This document shows, piece after piece, positions 29,371-40,500 of a stretch of DNA of 64,000 nt; position 1 is the stretch's first letter, and each line of letters begins with the position of its first letter. The translations under genes and the position numbers were made by a program. The notes below the pieces were generated by a model. That model ran no database searches, was not told the DNA's origin, and saw only the letters and a list, made by a program, of their open reading frames with translations. Origin of the DNA: a virus (Duplodnaviria > Heunggongvirae > Uroviricota > Caudoviricetes); IMG/VR virus record IMGVR_UViG_3300032236_001858. One strand, given 5' to 3'.

Positions 29371-29766
29371 ATGGCTAACGCTTATATTCACTCAAAGTCC
29401 TCTGCTCGAAAGTTTGGAGGCGAACCAGAAGATTATCTTTCAATCCACATGAAGATGGATTGTTCTAAAGCTTATGTTGCTGATAATAGACACAGAGCAC
29501 TAACACATACTAACTTTTGGATTCATGAAGTAATGATACCAATTTTTGGTTATACAATGACTAATTCGGCTGGTAAAGTTGTTTCTGTTAAAGATGTTTG
29601 TGAACAACACATACTTGAAGATTTTGGTATGAGATTTATTCCAACAGCTCAAGATTATCTTGAAAACATGGAATTTAAAGATTGGATGCAAAATGGAATA
29701 AAAGGTCATCCATCTTCTTTTGAGAAAATTTCACAAAAAGGAAATATTAAAGTTAATCTCGACTAA
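29371..29766 (+). CDS. hypothetical protein
   Basis: 131-aa ORF. Confidence 0.45.
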   Translation: MANAYIHSKSSARKFGGEPEDYLSIHMKMDCSKAYVADNRHRALTHTNFWIHEVMIPIFGYTMTNSAGKVVSVKDVCEQHILEDFGMRFIPTAQDYLENMEFKDWMQNGIKGHPSSFEKISQKGNIKVNLD

Positions 29767-29767
29767 T

Positions 29768-30493
29768 ATGATAGTAATTTGCAAAAGAGCAACAAAAAGA
29801 ATTGTTAAAGGAGTTCGCTACGAGACGGGTAACCTATGGAACTCTGGAAACAATGCAAAATGGAGAGAAGGCAAAGTGGAAATTTTAGGAATTGGTATAT
29901 TTGTAGTTGATAACTTCACTGATACTAATGGTAATCCATTACCTAAAATTGACATTAGTGTACCTCGTCAAGTATCTGAAATATTAAAATATGAAGATGT
30001 AAAAAAAGGTGATATCTTAGTTTGTACATCTGATATGTATAAAACCTTAGGTAAAGGTTGTATGTACCAAGTTGAATTACTAAATCAAACATCTGAACAA
30101 TTAATGGGTTGGAATAAACAACCTTATACACGAGTTGAACAAACAGTAAAGTTTGTTGGTATACCTCGCACACTTAAATTTAGTGGTTGGAGATTTAGAA
30201 AATTAACTCCACAAGAAGCTCGTGAGATTTCTCTAAATTCTGTTCTTCATGGTGAAGAACCAAAAATCACAAAGACAAAAGACATCCGTAAGATTGAAAT
30301 GGCGGCTAACAAAGATTTAGAATTAATGTCTGCCATTTCAAAGTCAATAATTGACAATAATAGACACCATTTATCTATTTTAGATTGGGCTTGTCAAAAA
30401 TCTAGTCAAAATCTAGGTATAACACCTGATGATTATGTCACTCTTTTAAATATGCCTTTAAAAGATATTCTTGAAAAAATTGAAACAAAGTAA
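29768..30493 (+). CDS. hypothetical protein
   Basis: The internal ATG at 29768 follows directly after the upstream stop. The ORF-track start at 29720 overlaps the upstream gene by 47 nt. Confidence 0.45.
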   Translation: MIVICKRATKRIVKGVRYETGNLWNSGNNAKWREGKVEILGIGIFVVDNFTDTNGNPLPKIDISVPRQVSEILKYEDVKKGDILVCTSDMYKTLGKGCMYQVELLNQTSEQLMGWNKQPYTRVEQTVKFVGIPRTLKFSGWRFRKLTPQEAREISLNSVLHGEEPKITKTKDIRKIEMAANKDLELMSAISKSIIDNNRHHLSILDWACQKSSQNLGITPDDYVTLLNMPLKDILEKIETK

Positions 30494-30513
30494 AAATTAA
30501 ATATACGATAACT

Positions 30514-31002
30514 ATGTCAAACGAAAAGTTCGCAATTCTAAAAGAAAAGCAAGCAGAGATTCAGAAATTAAAAAAAGAAATGTTAGAAGCATCTAACAAA
30601 ATCTTCACTGATTGTACAAAAACTATCTTTGAAGACCATCCAAAAGTAAAATCATTCTCTTGGACACAATATACACCTTACTTCAATGATGGTGATACTT
30701 GTACATTCTCAGCTGATACAAATTACATCACTGTAAATGATGAAAGAGTAGATGAAGCTGACTGGATGAGCCCAACAATCATCACTAAGTATGGTACTTG
30801 GAACCGTGAGAAAAGAGTGTATGAAGACCGTGAAGAGGAATTAAACCCTAAATATGATCCAGAAATGGTAAAAGCGGTTGATGAAATTAGAGATTTTCTT
30901 TCACACTTTGATGATGATTTTTTCCTAAGTCAATTTGGCGACCACGCTGAAATCACAATAACATCAGAAGGTGTTAGTATTGATGAATACGAACACGAAT
31001 AA
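30514..31002 (+). CDS. hypothetical acidic protein
   Basis: 162-aa ORF. Confidence 0.45.
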   Translation: MSNEKFAILKEKQAEIQKLKKEMLEASNKIFTDCTKTIFEDHPKVKSFSWTQYTPYFNDGDTCTFSADTNYITVNDERVDEADWMSPTIITKYGTWNREKRVYEDREEELNPKYDPEMVKAVDEIRDFLSHFDDDFFLSQFGDHAEITITSEGVSIDEYEHE

Positions 31003-31048
31003 ATTAAATAAAAAACAAATATAAATTAACAATTAAAAAAAGTAAAAA

Positions 31049-32959
31049 ATGGTAAATTTCATTAGTAATTATTGGTGGATAGGTGTTATCCTTCTTTGTG
31101 TAGTGATGTATAAATTCATCCTACGAATGTTCTTCGGGTTAGTTATTGTACCTGAAAGTAAAATTGGTCTTGTAACAAAAAAGTTTGTTCTATTTGGACC
31201 TAATAAACAGCTAAGCGGTGATCGTATTATTGCGGTTAACGGTGAAGCGGGTTTACAAGCTGAAATGCTTATGCCAGGTTTGCACTGGATGATGTGGCCT
31301 TGGCAGTATAACATTGATATGCAAGGATTCGTTGTAATCCCTGAAGGTCATATCGGTCTTGTATCATCTAAAGATGGTGCTGTTCCACAAACAGGTCGAA
31401 TCTTAGGTCGTAGAGTTGAGTGTGAAAACTTCCAAGATGCTGTTGCATTCTTAAAAAATGGTGGTCAAAAAGGTCGTCAAGCCGCCTTTATCCCAAATGG
31501 TGTTTATAAAATCAATACACACTTATTTGAAGTATCAACTGTTAAACAATCTACTATTCAAGAGAATATGGTAGGTGTTGTTACTACATTAGACGGTGAA
31601 CCATTAAGTACAGACCAGATTGCTGGTAAAAGTGTAGAAGGTCATAATAATTTCCAAGACTTTGATAAGTTCTTAGAATTAGGTGGTAATCGTGGTCTTC
31701 AACAACAAGTTATCTTAGCTGGTTCTTATAACTTAAATCCTTGGGCTGTTCAAGTTGAAGAAGTTCAAATGACAGAAATTCCTATTGGTCACGTTGGTGT
31801 TGTTATTTCCTTTGTTGGTGATGATGGTGTAGACGTTACTGGTTCTGATTTCAAACATGGTAACTTAGTTAGTAAAGGACAAAAAGGTGTTTGGGCTGAG
31901 CCATTTGGACCAGGTAAGTATCCAATCAACAAATATACTAATCGTATTGAGTTGGTACCTACAACTAACCTTGTTCTTAACTGGGCAACTGCTCGTACTG
32001 AGTCTCACAACTTAGATAAGAACTTGTCTACAATCACTGTTCGTTCTAAAGATGGTTTCCCATTCAATTTGGACGTATCTCAAATCATTCATATTCCTAT
32101 GAATGAAGCGCCAAAAGTAATTGCTCGTTTCGGTTCAATGCAAAACCTTGTATCACAAGTGTTAGAGCCAACAATTGGTAACTACTTCCGTAATAGTGCT
32201 CAAGATAGTGATGTAATTGCTTTCTTATCAACACGTCAATCTCGTCAAGATGCTGCTAAGAGTGCTATCTCTAAAGTATTGGATGAATATAACGTTCACG
32301 CTGTTGATACTTTGATTGGTGATATTACTCCACCAGAGTCTTTGATGAAAACCTTGACAGATCGTAAGATTGCTCAAGAACAAGAGGTGACTTTTGAAAC
32401 TCAAAAGAAAGCCGCTATCTCTCGTCAAACTTATGAGAAAGAAACTGCGATTGCTGACATGCAAGCAGAAGTTGTAAAAGCTGACCAAGGTGTTCAAATC
32501 TCTGAAAGACTTGCTGATGCTTCTGTTAAGAAAGCAACAGGTGAGGCTCGTTCAATCAAGATTACTGCTGAAGCTAATGCTGAATCAACTAAGTTGAAAG
32601 CAGAAGCAGATGCTACAAGAACATCACTTATTGGTAACGCTGAAGCTGAGGCCATCCTTGCAAAAGGTAAATCTACTGCTGAGGCATATAAATTAGCCGT
32701 TGAGGCGATGGGTAAAGAAAACTTTACTACATTTAAGGTCACTGAAGAGATTGGTAAAAATGGTGTGAAAATCATGCCTGACTTGTTAATCAACGGAGGT
32801 GGACAAAGCGGGAACGGTGCGATAGATGGATTATTGGGAGTTCAAATTCTTAATATGATGGGTAACCAAGTTAAGAACTTGAATGACACAACAGTGAAGT
32901 CAACTACAACTGATGCGCCTGTTGAAGACATTTCGGTCCAAACGAAAGGTAAGAAGTAA
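31049..32959 (+). CDS. SPFH/band-7 flotillin-like membrane protein (YqiK-like)
   Basis: N-terminal transmembrane helix, an SPFH core, and a long Ala/Glu-rich coiled coil (AQEQE...AEANAESTKLKAEADA...). Confidence 0.65.
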   Translation: MVNFISNYWWIGVILLCVVMYKFILRMFFGLVIVPESKIGLVTKKFVLFGPNKQLSGDRIIAVNGEAGLQAEMLMPGLHWMMWPWQYNIDMQGFVVIPEGHIGLVSSKDGAVPQTGRILGRRVECENFQDAVAFLKNGGQKGRQAAFIPNGVYKINTHLFEVSTVKQSTIQENMVGVVTTLDGEPLSTDQIAGKSVEGHNNFQDFDKFLELGGNRGLQQQVILAGSYNLNPWAVQVEEVQMTEIPIGHVGVVISFVGDDGVDVTGSDFKHGNLVSKGQKGVWAEPFGPGKYPINKYTNRIELVPTTNLVLNWATARTESHNLDKNLSTITVRSKDGFPFNLDVSQIIHIPMNEAPKVIARFGSMQNLVSQVLEPTIGNYFRNSAQDSDVIAFLSTRQSRQDAAKSAISKVLDEYNVHAVDTLIGDITPPESLMKTLTDRKIAQEQEVTFETQKKAAISRQTYEKETAIADMQAEVVKADQGVQISERLADASVKKATGEARSIKITAEANAESTKLKAEADATRTSLIGNAEAEAILAKGKSTAEAYKLAVEAMGKENFTTFKVTEEIGKNGVKIMPDLLINGGGQSGNGAIDGLLGVQILNMMGNQVKNLNDTTVKSTTTDAPVEDISVQTKGKK

Positions 32960-32975
32960 TCACTTCTATTAATAA

Positions 32976-33012
32976 GAAACCCTTTGATTAATTTCAAAGG
33001 GTTTTTTTATTT
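32976..33012 (+). terminator. rho-independent terminator
   Basis: Hairpin AACCCTTTGATTAATTTCAAAGGGTT followed by T7. Confidence 0.65.
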
Positions 33013-33038
33013 TAAAATATTTGTGTATATTTGCTTTA

Positions 33039-33277
33039 TGCCAAGATATAAAAAAGGTGATATACTAGTTTGCGTAACCGATAAAATGTATGGAATGTCA
33101 TACTCATTAAAAGTTGGTGAACAATACCAAGTTGATGATTTTATTGAAATGGCTGAAAAGAATTTAGTAAGTGTAAGTGATGTTAAAACTGGAGAACCGG
33201 TTAGTATATTTGATGATAAACACTTTATGCCATTAGATATTTGGCGTGAATTTCAACTAAGAAAGATATTAGAATAA
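33039..33277 (+). CDS. hypothetical protein
   Basis: The ORF-track start at 32984 lies inside the terminator hairpin. The ATG at 33039 (MPRYKKGD) is more plausible. Confidence 0.4.
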
Positions 33278-33813
33278 TGTTAAAAGGTAAAGACATATAC
33301 ACATTTGTAAGATTCGGTGGTCTTGATTTGAAAAATCAAAAAGGTTTCTCTCAAGTTCCTGAAACTTATCATCAACCACCAGCTTCTCGTGGTTTTTATG
33401 CTATGCCTAAAATTGCCCAAGAGTTCTTTCTTATTGGCTCATTGGATTCTACTCAACCAGGTGTTTTTGCTAAATCTGGTGAAAATGTAATCAACAAAAA
33501 ATCACAAGATCCTAACTATTGGAGAAATAAACTCCGTCAAATCCGTAAAGAGTTCAAAAAAACTGATGGTGAAATCTGGCATCATCTTGAAGAATATACT
33601 GATATCAAAGATATTCTTCAAAGACACGGCTCTTGGGTTAAAACTGATATCAAAGTTTGGGCTAAAGCTTTCTCTAAAATGTCTACTATTATGAGATATG
33701 GTCGTGCTAAATATGATTTAGATAATGGTATGAATCAACATGGTGATGGTAAAGGTGTTGTTGGTTGGTATTCTAAAGACCACTGTGAAGTTTTTTTTGA
33801 TGAAAAAGTATAA
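33277..33813 (+). CDS. hypothetical protein
   Basis: 178-aa ORF. Confidence 0.45.
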   Translation: MLKGKDIYTFVRFGGLDLKNQKGFSQVPETYHQPPASRGFYAMPKIAQEFFLIGSLDSTQPGVFAKSGENVINKKSQDPNYWRNKLRQIRKEFKKTDGEIWHHLEEYTDIKDILQRHGSWVKTDIKVWAKAFSKMSTIMRYGRAKYDLDNGMNQHGDGKGVVGWYSKDHCEVFFDEKV

Positions 33814-33815
33814 TT

Positions 33816-34526
33816 ATGTATAACAAGATATATGACTTTTGTAAGGTAAGAAATCTTGGTAGTGTTTACTCAAATGGAGATGAACCTACACCAAGAGTTA
33901 AGTTCATTACTGGTTTACTAGAATCAGAAGGAATTGACTATGAATTAGATATATTTAAGTCAAGAAATCTTTCTTGTTATAATGTTATTATGAAGGGCAA
34001 TTCAACTAAAATGGTTGTTGCTCATCATGATATTAGCAACCCTAATATTGATAATGCTAATGATAACTCAGCATCTGTTATCAATGCTATTATGATTAAG
34101 AAGTTAATGCCTCATATGAACGTAGTTCTTTTAGATGGTGAAGAATGTGGCGGTTTAGGATCTCAAAGAGTCTCAGATCAAATCAATGAAGGTTACTTTG
34201 GCAAAATTGACTGGGTTCTTAATTTAGAATTGACTGGTCGTGGTGGTGATACCTTTTTCATCGGTGATTATAGAGGTGTATTATTTGACCATATTAAATC
34301 AATGTTTGATTGTGTAGTTTACAAAACTCCATTTAATGATTCTGTAGTATTCAGAAAAAATGGAATAGATTCATGTGTGATTAATCCTTTACCGACTTTA
34401 ACTAACGGAAATATGGATTATTCTATGTTATATAATTGTCATAATCAAAAGGATACATTATCAACAATCGATGTTAATGATATGCGTATTTTTGTTGAAA
34501 AAGTTTTATGTAAAATACTACAATAA
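33816..34526 (+). CDS. M28/M20-like zinc-exopeptidase-fold protein
   Basis: VVAHHD ... NDNSAS ... LLDGEECGGLGS resembles the HxD...DD...EE metal-ligand order, with the Asp-Asp pair substituted. Confidence 0.35.
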   Translation: MYNKIYDFCKVRNLGSVYSNGDEPTPRVKFITGLLESEGIDYELDIFKSRNLSCYNVIMKGNSTKMVVAHHDISNPNIDNANDNSASVINAIMIKKLMPHMNVVLLDGEECGGLGSQRVSDQINEGYFGKIDWVLNLELTGRGGDTFFIGDYRGVLFDHIKSMFDCVVYKTPFNDSVVFRKNGIDSCVINPLPTLTNGNMDYSMLYNCHNQKDTLSTIDVNDMRIFVEKVLCKILQ

Positions 34527-35198
34527 CTTCCAACTCCAAAAATATCCATAACTTTTTTTAATATCACCATTACAACATTTTCTTATACATGCCCTATTGA
34601 ATCCTAATTCTCTTTCAATACTACCAGTTGATATCCACTCTTTAATTAGGTTTTTATTAATATCATATTGATAAACACTTTTTTTATTTTGTTGAGACAA
34701 TGATAGTTTTATTTTAGTTTCATCACTTCTTTTTACTCTAAGTTTATTTTTAGTCTCTTCAGTTTGTTTTTTTCTACTAAATTTTTCTTTAAGATGTCCT
34801 TGTAGAATATCTTTTTCATCTTTGTATTTCCAAACATATCCTCCAGATGTTTTATATTTACCACTAGCAGCATTGCCTATGTTGATAATACCAGTTGATG
34901 AAATAGCCTCTTTTATCGAATTAAACTCACATATTAAAATATTATCCTTAAATTGCATGACAGGCTTAGACATTAGTTCGATTCTTTCTTTACTCTTATC
35001 TTTTCTACCCTCACCACCATCTGTTAAATTAACTAATGGACCAAGTTTCATATCTCTTCTACCTATTTCATTTATTACGAGAGATTCTAATTCAAAAGCT
35101 TTTTTCTCATCTAGCTTCTCATAAACTTTTATTATAATTGGATATTTTAATTTAAAATATGATGGATATGATGAAGGTGACGTGCCTGATAGATTCAA
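34518..35198 (-). mobile_element. freestanding GIY-YIG homing endonuclease with NUMOD3 repeats
   Basis: The ...NLTDGGEG end of a GIY-YIG domain is followed by repeated ETKNKL / ETKIKLS NUMOD3-type DNA-binding motifs. Confidence 0.55.
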
Positions 35199-35221
35199 TA
35201 TAGTACTAAGTTTATATAAAT

Positions 35222-35256
35222 AAAAAAAACCTCAGATTTCTCTGAGGTTTTTTCTT
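35222..35256. terminator. bidirectional rho-independent terminator
   Basis: Hairpin AACCTCAGATTTCTCTGAGGTT between an A8 run and a T6 run. Confidence 0.6.
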
Positions 35257-35270
35257 TCTGTAAAAATCTA

Positions 35271-36368
35271 TTAACCAATAGTTAAGAAGATTTTACGAGA
35301 CATTCTATCCACTGATAAAACTTTCACTTTAATTGCTTGACCAGCACTGAATTTTCTACCAAGTTTCTCCATTTCTGAAGTGTGGATAAGACCAACTGTC
35401 TCATCATCAAGGTTTACTAAAGTACCAAATGCTTTGGTGTCTTTAACGGTACCTTCAATGATTTGACCGTTTTTGATGTTGTCCCAAAGAGTTTCTCTCA
35501 AGATTTGAGTCAAGATAATTTTATCTTTAATCACTTCTTTGATATAGAACTCAATTTGGAATCCTGGTTGGATTTGAGTTAATTTCTCAGCCCATTCTGG
35601 ATTAACGTTTGCCTTGTGAATCATTCCTGTAAGACATTCGTTGAACTCTACGAACACACCAAATGGTGTAGTTCCTGTAACGTGACCGTTATAGATTTTG
35701 TTGTATTCCAGTTGTTTAACAGCATCTGGGATAAGTGTTTGAAGATACTTACGTCTTGAAACGATATAAGTTCCTTCACTCTTTGAGTAAGATTCAATCA
35801 TTACATTGAATGTTTCACCTACTATTGACATAGGGTCGTGAAGTTTGTTGATTCCGGCTAAAGTATTTGGCATAAATCCTGGAAGTGTAACACCACCGTG
35901 ATTTAATTCAACATCATAACCAGCTGGGTTAAGACTCTTAACAGTAACCATAACTGATTCACCTTCAACAAGAGATTTAAGGTTAGCGTGAGCTCTTGAT
36001 TCATAAAGAGAAGCAACGCTTCCTTTAATCATAAAAGCGTCTTGGTTTACTTCAGTTATCAAAACATCAATAGCATCACCAATGTTTAAGTTTTTGAAGT
36101 ATTTAGATTCACTAACTCGGTTATCCACTCTAACGTCATCTTTGTATCCTACTACACTGAATACATATTGGTCTGCTGACATGCCAATATATTTAGCGGA
36201 TACTACTTGATTTTCCTCAGGGATATTGATTACATCAAGGTTATAAAGTTTAATCATTTCTTGATACTCTTTTGTGCTTCTATTGCGAGTACCTTTTCGA
36301 GTAAATACTGATTCATCAAAGATGTCCAATAATTCCTCATTTCCAATTGTGTTGTTATTCATATTCAT
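35271..36368 (-). CDS. multi-S1-domain RNA-binding protein (ribosomal bS1-like)
   Basis: At least three S1-like OB-fold modules, for example GHVTGTTPFGVFVEF...GMIHKANV and IEGTVKDTKAFGTLVNL...GLIHTSEM...AIKVKVLSVDRMSRKIFLT. Confidence 0.55.
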   Translation of the reverse strand: MNMNNNTIGNEELLDIFDESVFTRKGTRNRSTKEYQEMIKLYNLDVINIPEENQVVSAKYIGMSADQYVFSVVGYKDDVRVDNRVSESKYFKNLNIGDAIDVLITEVNQDAFMIKGSVASLYESRAHANLKSLVEGESVMVTVKSLNPAGYDVELNHGGVTLPGFMPNTLAGINKLHDPMSIVGETFNVMIESYSKSEGTYIVSRRKYLQTLIPDAVKQLEYNKIYNGHVTGTTPFGVFVEFNECLTGMIHKANVNPEWAEKLTQIQPGFQIEFYIKEVIKDKIILTQILRETLWDNIKNGQIIEGTVKDTKAFGTLVNLDDETVGLIHTSEMEKLGRKFSAGQAIKVKVLSVDRMSRKIFLTIG

Positions 36369-36426
36369 ATTTTTTAGAGTTACAAAGTAATATATTCAAA
36401 TCGACTTTAATAGTTTAGAAAAAAAA

Positions 36427-36834
36427 TTAATATCTTTTAATATTATTTCTATTCATATAGTCACGAACTCTTGCCGCTTCTTCATACTTCTCTTTTCTGA
36501 TTAAGTCGTCAAGCTTTTTGTTTAATTCCTTAGTGACTTCTTCTATTCCTTTTTGCTTAGAAAGTTGTTGAATATCATCAATAAAAGAATTATAAAAATT
36601 TTCCATTTGAGAGATGTCTACAAAGTAGACAGGTACTGGAACAGGTAAGAGTTTTTGTTCAGAAGATTTTTCATCTTCATTTAACTCTTTTAATCTATCA
36701 CTGTTTTTAATTTTTCTAATAAACTCATCAGTAAGTGCTGAATTTTCAACCAGATACTTAGCTAAGTGATAAGGTCTATTTTTGAACATTTTGAGTAGAA
36801 TAACTAAACTACGATATAATTCCTCATTTTCCAT
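36427..36834 (-). CDS. small protein with C-terminal UVR-like motif
   Basis: KYEEAARVRDYMNR resembles the UvrB/UvrC/McsA UVR motif. Confidence 0.3.
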   Translation of the reverse strand: MENEELYRSLVILLKMFKNRPYHLAKYLVENSALTDEFIRKIKNSDRLKELNEDEKSSEQKLLPVPVPVYFVDISQMENFYNSFIDDIQQLSKQKGIEEVTKELNKKLDDLIRKEKYEEAARVRDYMNRNNIKRY

Positions 36835-36864
36835 ACAACTTTTATGTAGGAAATGGTAACTTGT

Positions 36865-37554
36865 TTAGATCCTTTCGAAGAAAATATTAAAGTAATAATC
36901 AAAGTTATATTGAGATGATGACTTCTCTTGACTGAAGTAAACTTTTATTTGAGAATCATCATATGCCAAATCCTTTTGAATTTTTGTTAGTAAGTTAGAA
37001 TTTGATATGATATTTGGATTCCAAGTATTTACATATCTTAATACATTTTGATTCATTAAGTCTTTATAAGAAAGATATAAATCTATTCTACTAAACTTAT
37101 ATTTATTTAACACATTATTAGATATGTATTCTTTTAAAGCAGTATTTACATCATTATTCTTTGTTATTGAGTTACTAACTCCTTCAAAACTTCTATATCT
37201 TTTCATAATAGCAAATAAGTAATCGGATAAAATCGATTTTAAGTCAATATTTAATATCCATTTAGTATTGCCATCTTTTTGGTAGGATAATTGAGACGGA
37301 TCAATCGTGATTGTTTGATGACTTTTCATATTATCCGATGCAGAATAAACTTGTGTTGGTAAAGATGACTCAATTGATAAATCTAATTGCTCACCTGTAG
37401 CTTTTTGATAATAGATAATATTTTGATTTGAAATATAAATACTATCTTCAATATACAACATTTTAGCACTAAAGAAGTTACTTTCTTCAACCATGTTATA
37501 AGTTCCGTATATTGACGAATTAATGAATTCTGGTGATATGTAATTTCTTCTCAT
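36865..37554 (-). CDS. hypothetical structural-module protein
   Basis: 229-aa ORF upstream of the large structural genes. Confidence 0.45.
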   Translation of the reverse strand: MRRNYISPEFINSSIYGTYNMVEESNFFSAKMLYIEDSIYISNQNIIYYQKATGEQLDLSIESSLPTQVYSASDNMKSHQTITIDPSQLSYQKDGNTKWILNIDLKSILSDYLFAIMKRYRSFEGVSNSITKNNDVNTALKEYISNNVLNKYKFSRIDLYLSYKDLMNQNVLRYVNTWNPNIISNSNLLTKIQKDLAYDDSQIKVYFSQEKSSSQYNFDYYFNIFFERI

Positions 37555-37555
37555 G

Positions 37556-40500
37556 TTATAAACTTATATTTTTAATTGGTGTTTGAATACCTCTTAAACC
37601 AACATCTTGTATAAGTGTTGATTTAGATTCTAATGATGTGGCAACAGAAGGGTTATTAGCTGTTAAATAATGATAGTTCAAATCCCAAGTTGACTTAAAT
37701 ATAAATGAGTCTAATATAGTATAACCAAACTCATCAAGCATAGGATAAATTGACTTTTCACTAGTTACATTATTTAATTTAAGAACTGAGTTAACATGAT
37801 TTATTTTTCTTACCTTTCTTTCCTTTACAATACCGAATTCAGTTAAAGTTGTATCAAATTTATAATTGCTTAAAACCTGATATTGTGTTGATGTTGGTTC
37901 TTTAGGTGATTCAAATAATTGTATATCATAAAAAATAGGCATATAAAAACCACTAAATCTATAAATAACATCTTGTGTTATGTTAACATTGCCATTATAA
38001 TTAGCAATTGGCTCTGGAACATCATTATTAGGTATTATCTCAGCCGCAACAGATACATTGTTATAATAATTTAAATTACTCAAATCAGCCGCAATGGATG
38101 TTAAAACTTTAGAAGCTTTAAGTTGTTTAGGTGTGTCTATAGCATTTGTTGTAATAGAATTGTGTTTCATCATAACTTCATCCGGTGTTTCACAAATTAT
38201 ATAGTGAGGCAATCCTTGAATATTGTCATAATTATATCTTTTAATACTACCATCTTCTCCTATTATTATATAATTGATAAAATCAGTAAATCCATACTTA
38301 TTTGATAAATCATTTATACTTTGAATAAAATTATGAGCTGTTAGCTTTTTATTTAATTCATTGTATAAGGTATCTCTATCAACATTGCTTAAATTTGGAA
38401 CCGTATTGTCAGATATATTTACATTGATAAGAATATTCTTCCACATTTTATTTATGTAGATATTAATACCGTTTTCCAATGTTGAGTTAGATGTATTACT
38501 ATTTATCATATAGTATGAGTTATTCATCTCAATTATTGGATTTGTTGTTGAGTTATAGACAATAGAAGTATCTGGTAGTAAACTATATTGTCTTGTCCAA
38601 TCTTTTGAAACGCCTGGTTCGTTACCCGCCATTGAAGATGTACAATAGTAAACTACTTCGTTATGAACAATATATGTATTTGTGTATGAAACACTAGGAT
38701 TCCAAATACTTATAGTTGACCATTTTGGACTATTTGATTGAGTTGCTACCCAGTAGTAACTACCTGTGTTGTCATATACAACTGTGCCTTCTAATTGACT
38801 TCTAAGTGGGTTATAAGATGTTGTTATATTATAAGGTTGTTGATAATCTGGTCTATGATGGTTTGATGAAGTCATAGACATATAATATTGACCTTTGAAT
38901 AAAACAGTTGAACCATAAGAATATCCGGGTGTATCAGATTGTGTTGGACTCCAGAAATCATCCGTACCACCAACATAGTAATAATAATCACCATGATTAT
39001 AAACTATATCATTGTTAAAACCAACTCCAGATCCTGGGTAAGTACCTATTGGACTCCAAAAAACTGACTTACCACTTACTGTTGTGTATGGTAACCAACC
39101 AACTTGATTATATGGTGCAGATATTACTCTTTTCATTGATGTGTAATCCTTACTAGGAACTGTAACAATATTATTGATTATCGTAGATTGATATAAAATA
39201 TCATCTTTAACTACAATGTCTCCAAGATTGTATGTTTTGTCCATTTTCCAGTTATCAAAAATAGTCCAACTCATTTGGTTTTGTGATTGAGTTAAAGCAC
39301 CAATGTTGTTACCAAGTGGTGAATCAATAACTGACCAGTCATTATCTGATAATAATATAGAAAACTTATACCCATCAAATGTATTTGATGTTTTTAGGTT
39401 CAACATACTTATTTTACCAGTTTGGTCTTTTTTAATATCATCAATATCATAGATTAAAAACTTAATACCTTTGAAAACCGACATATTTGGTATAGAAGTA
39501 TCTCCTGTGTTGAATAAAGAATACTTTTTAACATTTTTAGATACTTTATAGTTATCAAAATTAGCTGTTCTATTAAAGAAATAAGAAAAATAATCAAAAC
39601 TATAAGTAGCAGAAGATCCAGTTGCTGTTGTATAAGTAGTTAAATTCAAATACTTATCAAGTTCAAAGTTAAATGATGTGTCTATACCAGACGATGTTTG
39701 ATTCTCAACATGTAAAGTATGATGTATATAAGATGATGTTGAAGAATTAATAGTATAGAAATAGTCTAAATTTCTTTCAATTCTTCGTGTGTCGGGATCG
39801 AAAGGATTAGCCGTTCTATTGTAATCTTCAAACATCAAAGAGTTATTCAATAAATAAGGAACATCATTTGCTGATAGTGAATTTTGAAATCCCCATCTAC
39901 AATAAGTAGCATTTTTTCTCCATATCTCAGAAAGACTACCGTTATCTATCTTAAATGTTTCATAATTAGCCGTATATTCAGATGATACAGGTATATTAAC
40001 TACTTCTGAGTTATATACAAAGTCATCATAATGCTTTGGAAAAGTGTTGCTATTTAAATTTGTAAGATACATCTTAGTCTCATCTGTGTTAGTTAAGCTG
40101 AACTTATTTTCATATTCATATTTAGAATATTCAGTATCAATAATTTTATCATCAAAGTCTTTAATATCCGTAAATTTAAGTTTATAAATATTAAACTTTT
40201 TAGGTGGATTATTAGCATCAACAACAAAGCTTACTTTTTTAGTATAGCTAGGATCATTTTTATTAATCCAATATTGATAATCATTTTGATTAACCTTAAA
40301 AGAATAATCTGTATTGATTCTAATTCTTGTTGTAACGGTTTTAACCCCATTAACTAATTCTGGACCAGTTTCTCTAACTAAATTATGTAAAACGCCATCA
40401 ATTTCAATTAACCAAATATCAGCAGAATCCCACTCATCAAATAAGTAGTTACTATTATCATAGTTTAATAATCTATTAGGATATATTGAGTCATCAGCAC

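Noticed and set aside
28839-29709. Short antisense or alternative-frame ORFs 28839..29078, 29015..29203, 29500..29709, 29955..30173
   Set aside because: They overlap longer same-region ORFs with better coding character, and no motifs are visible.
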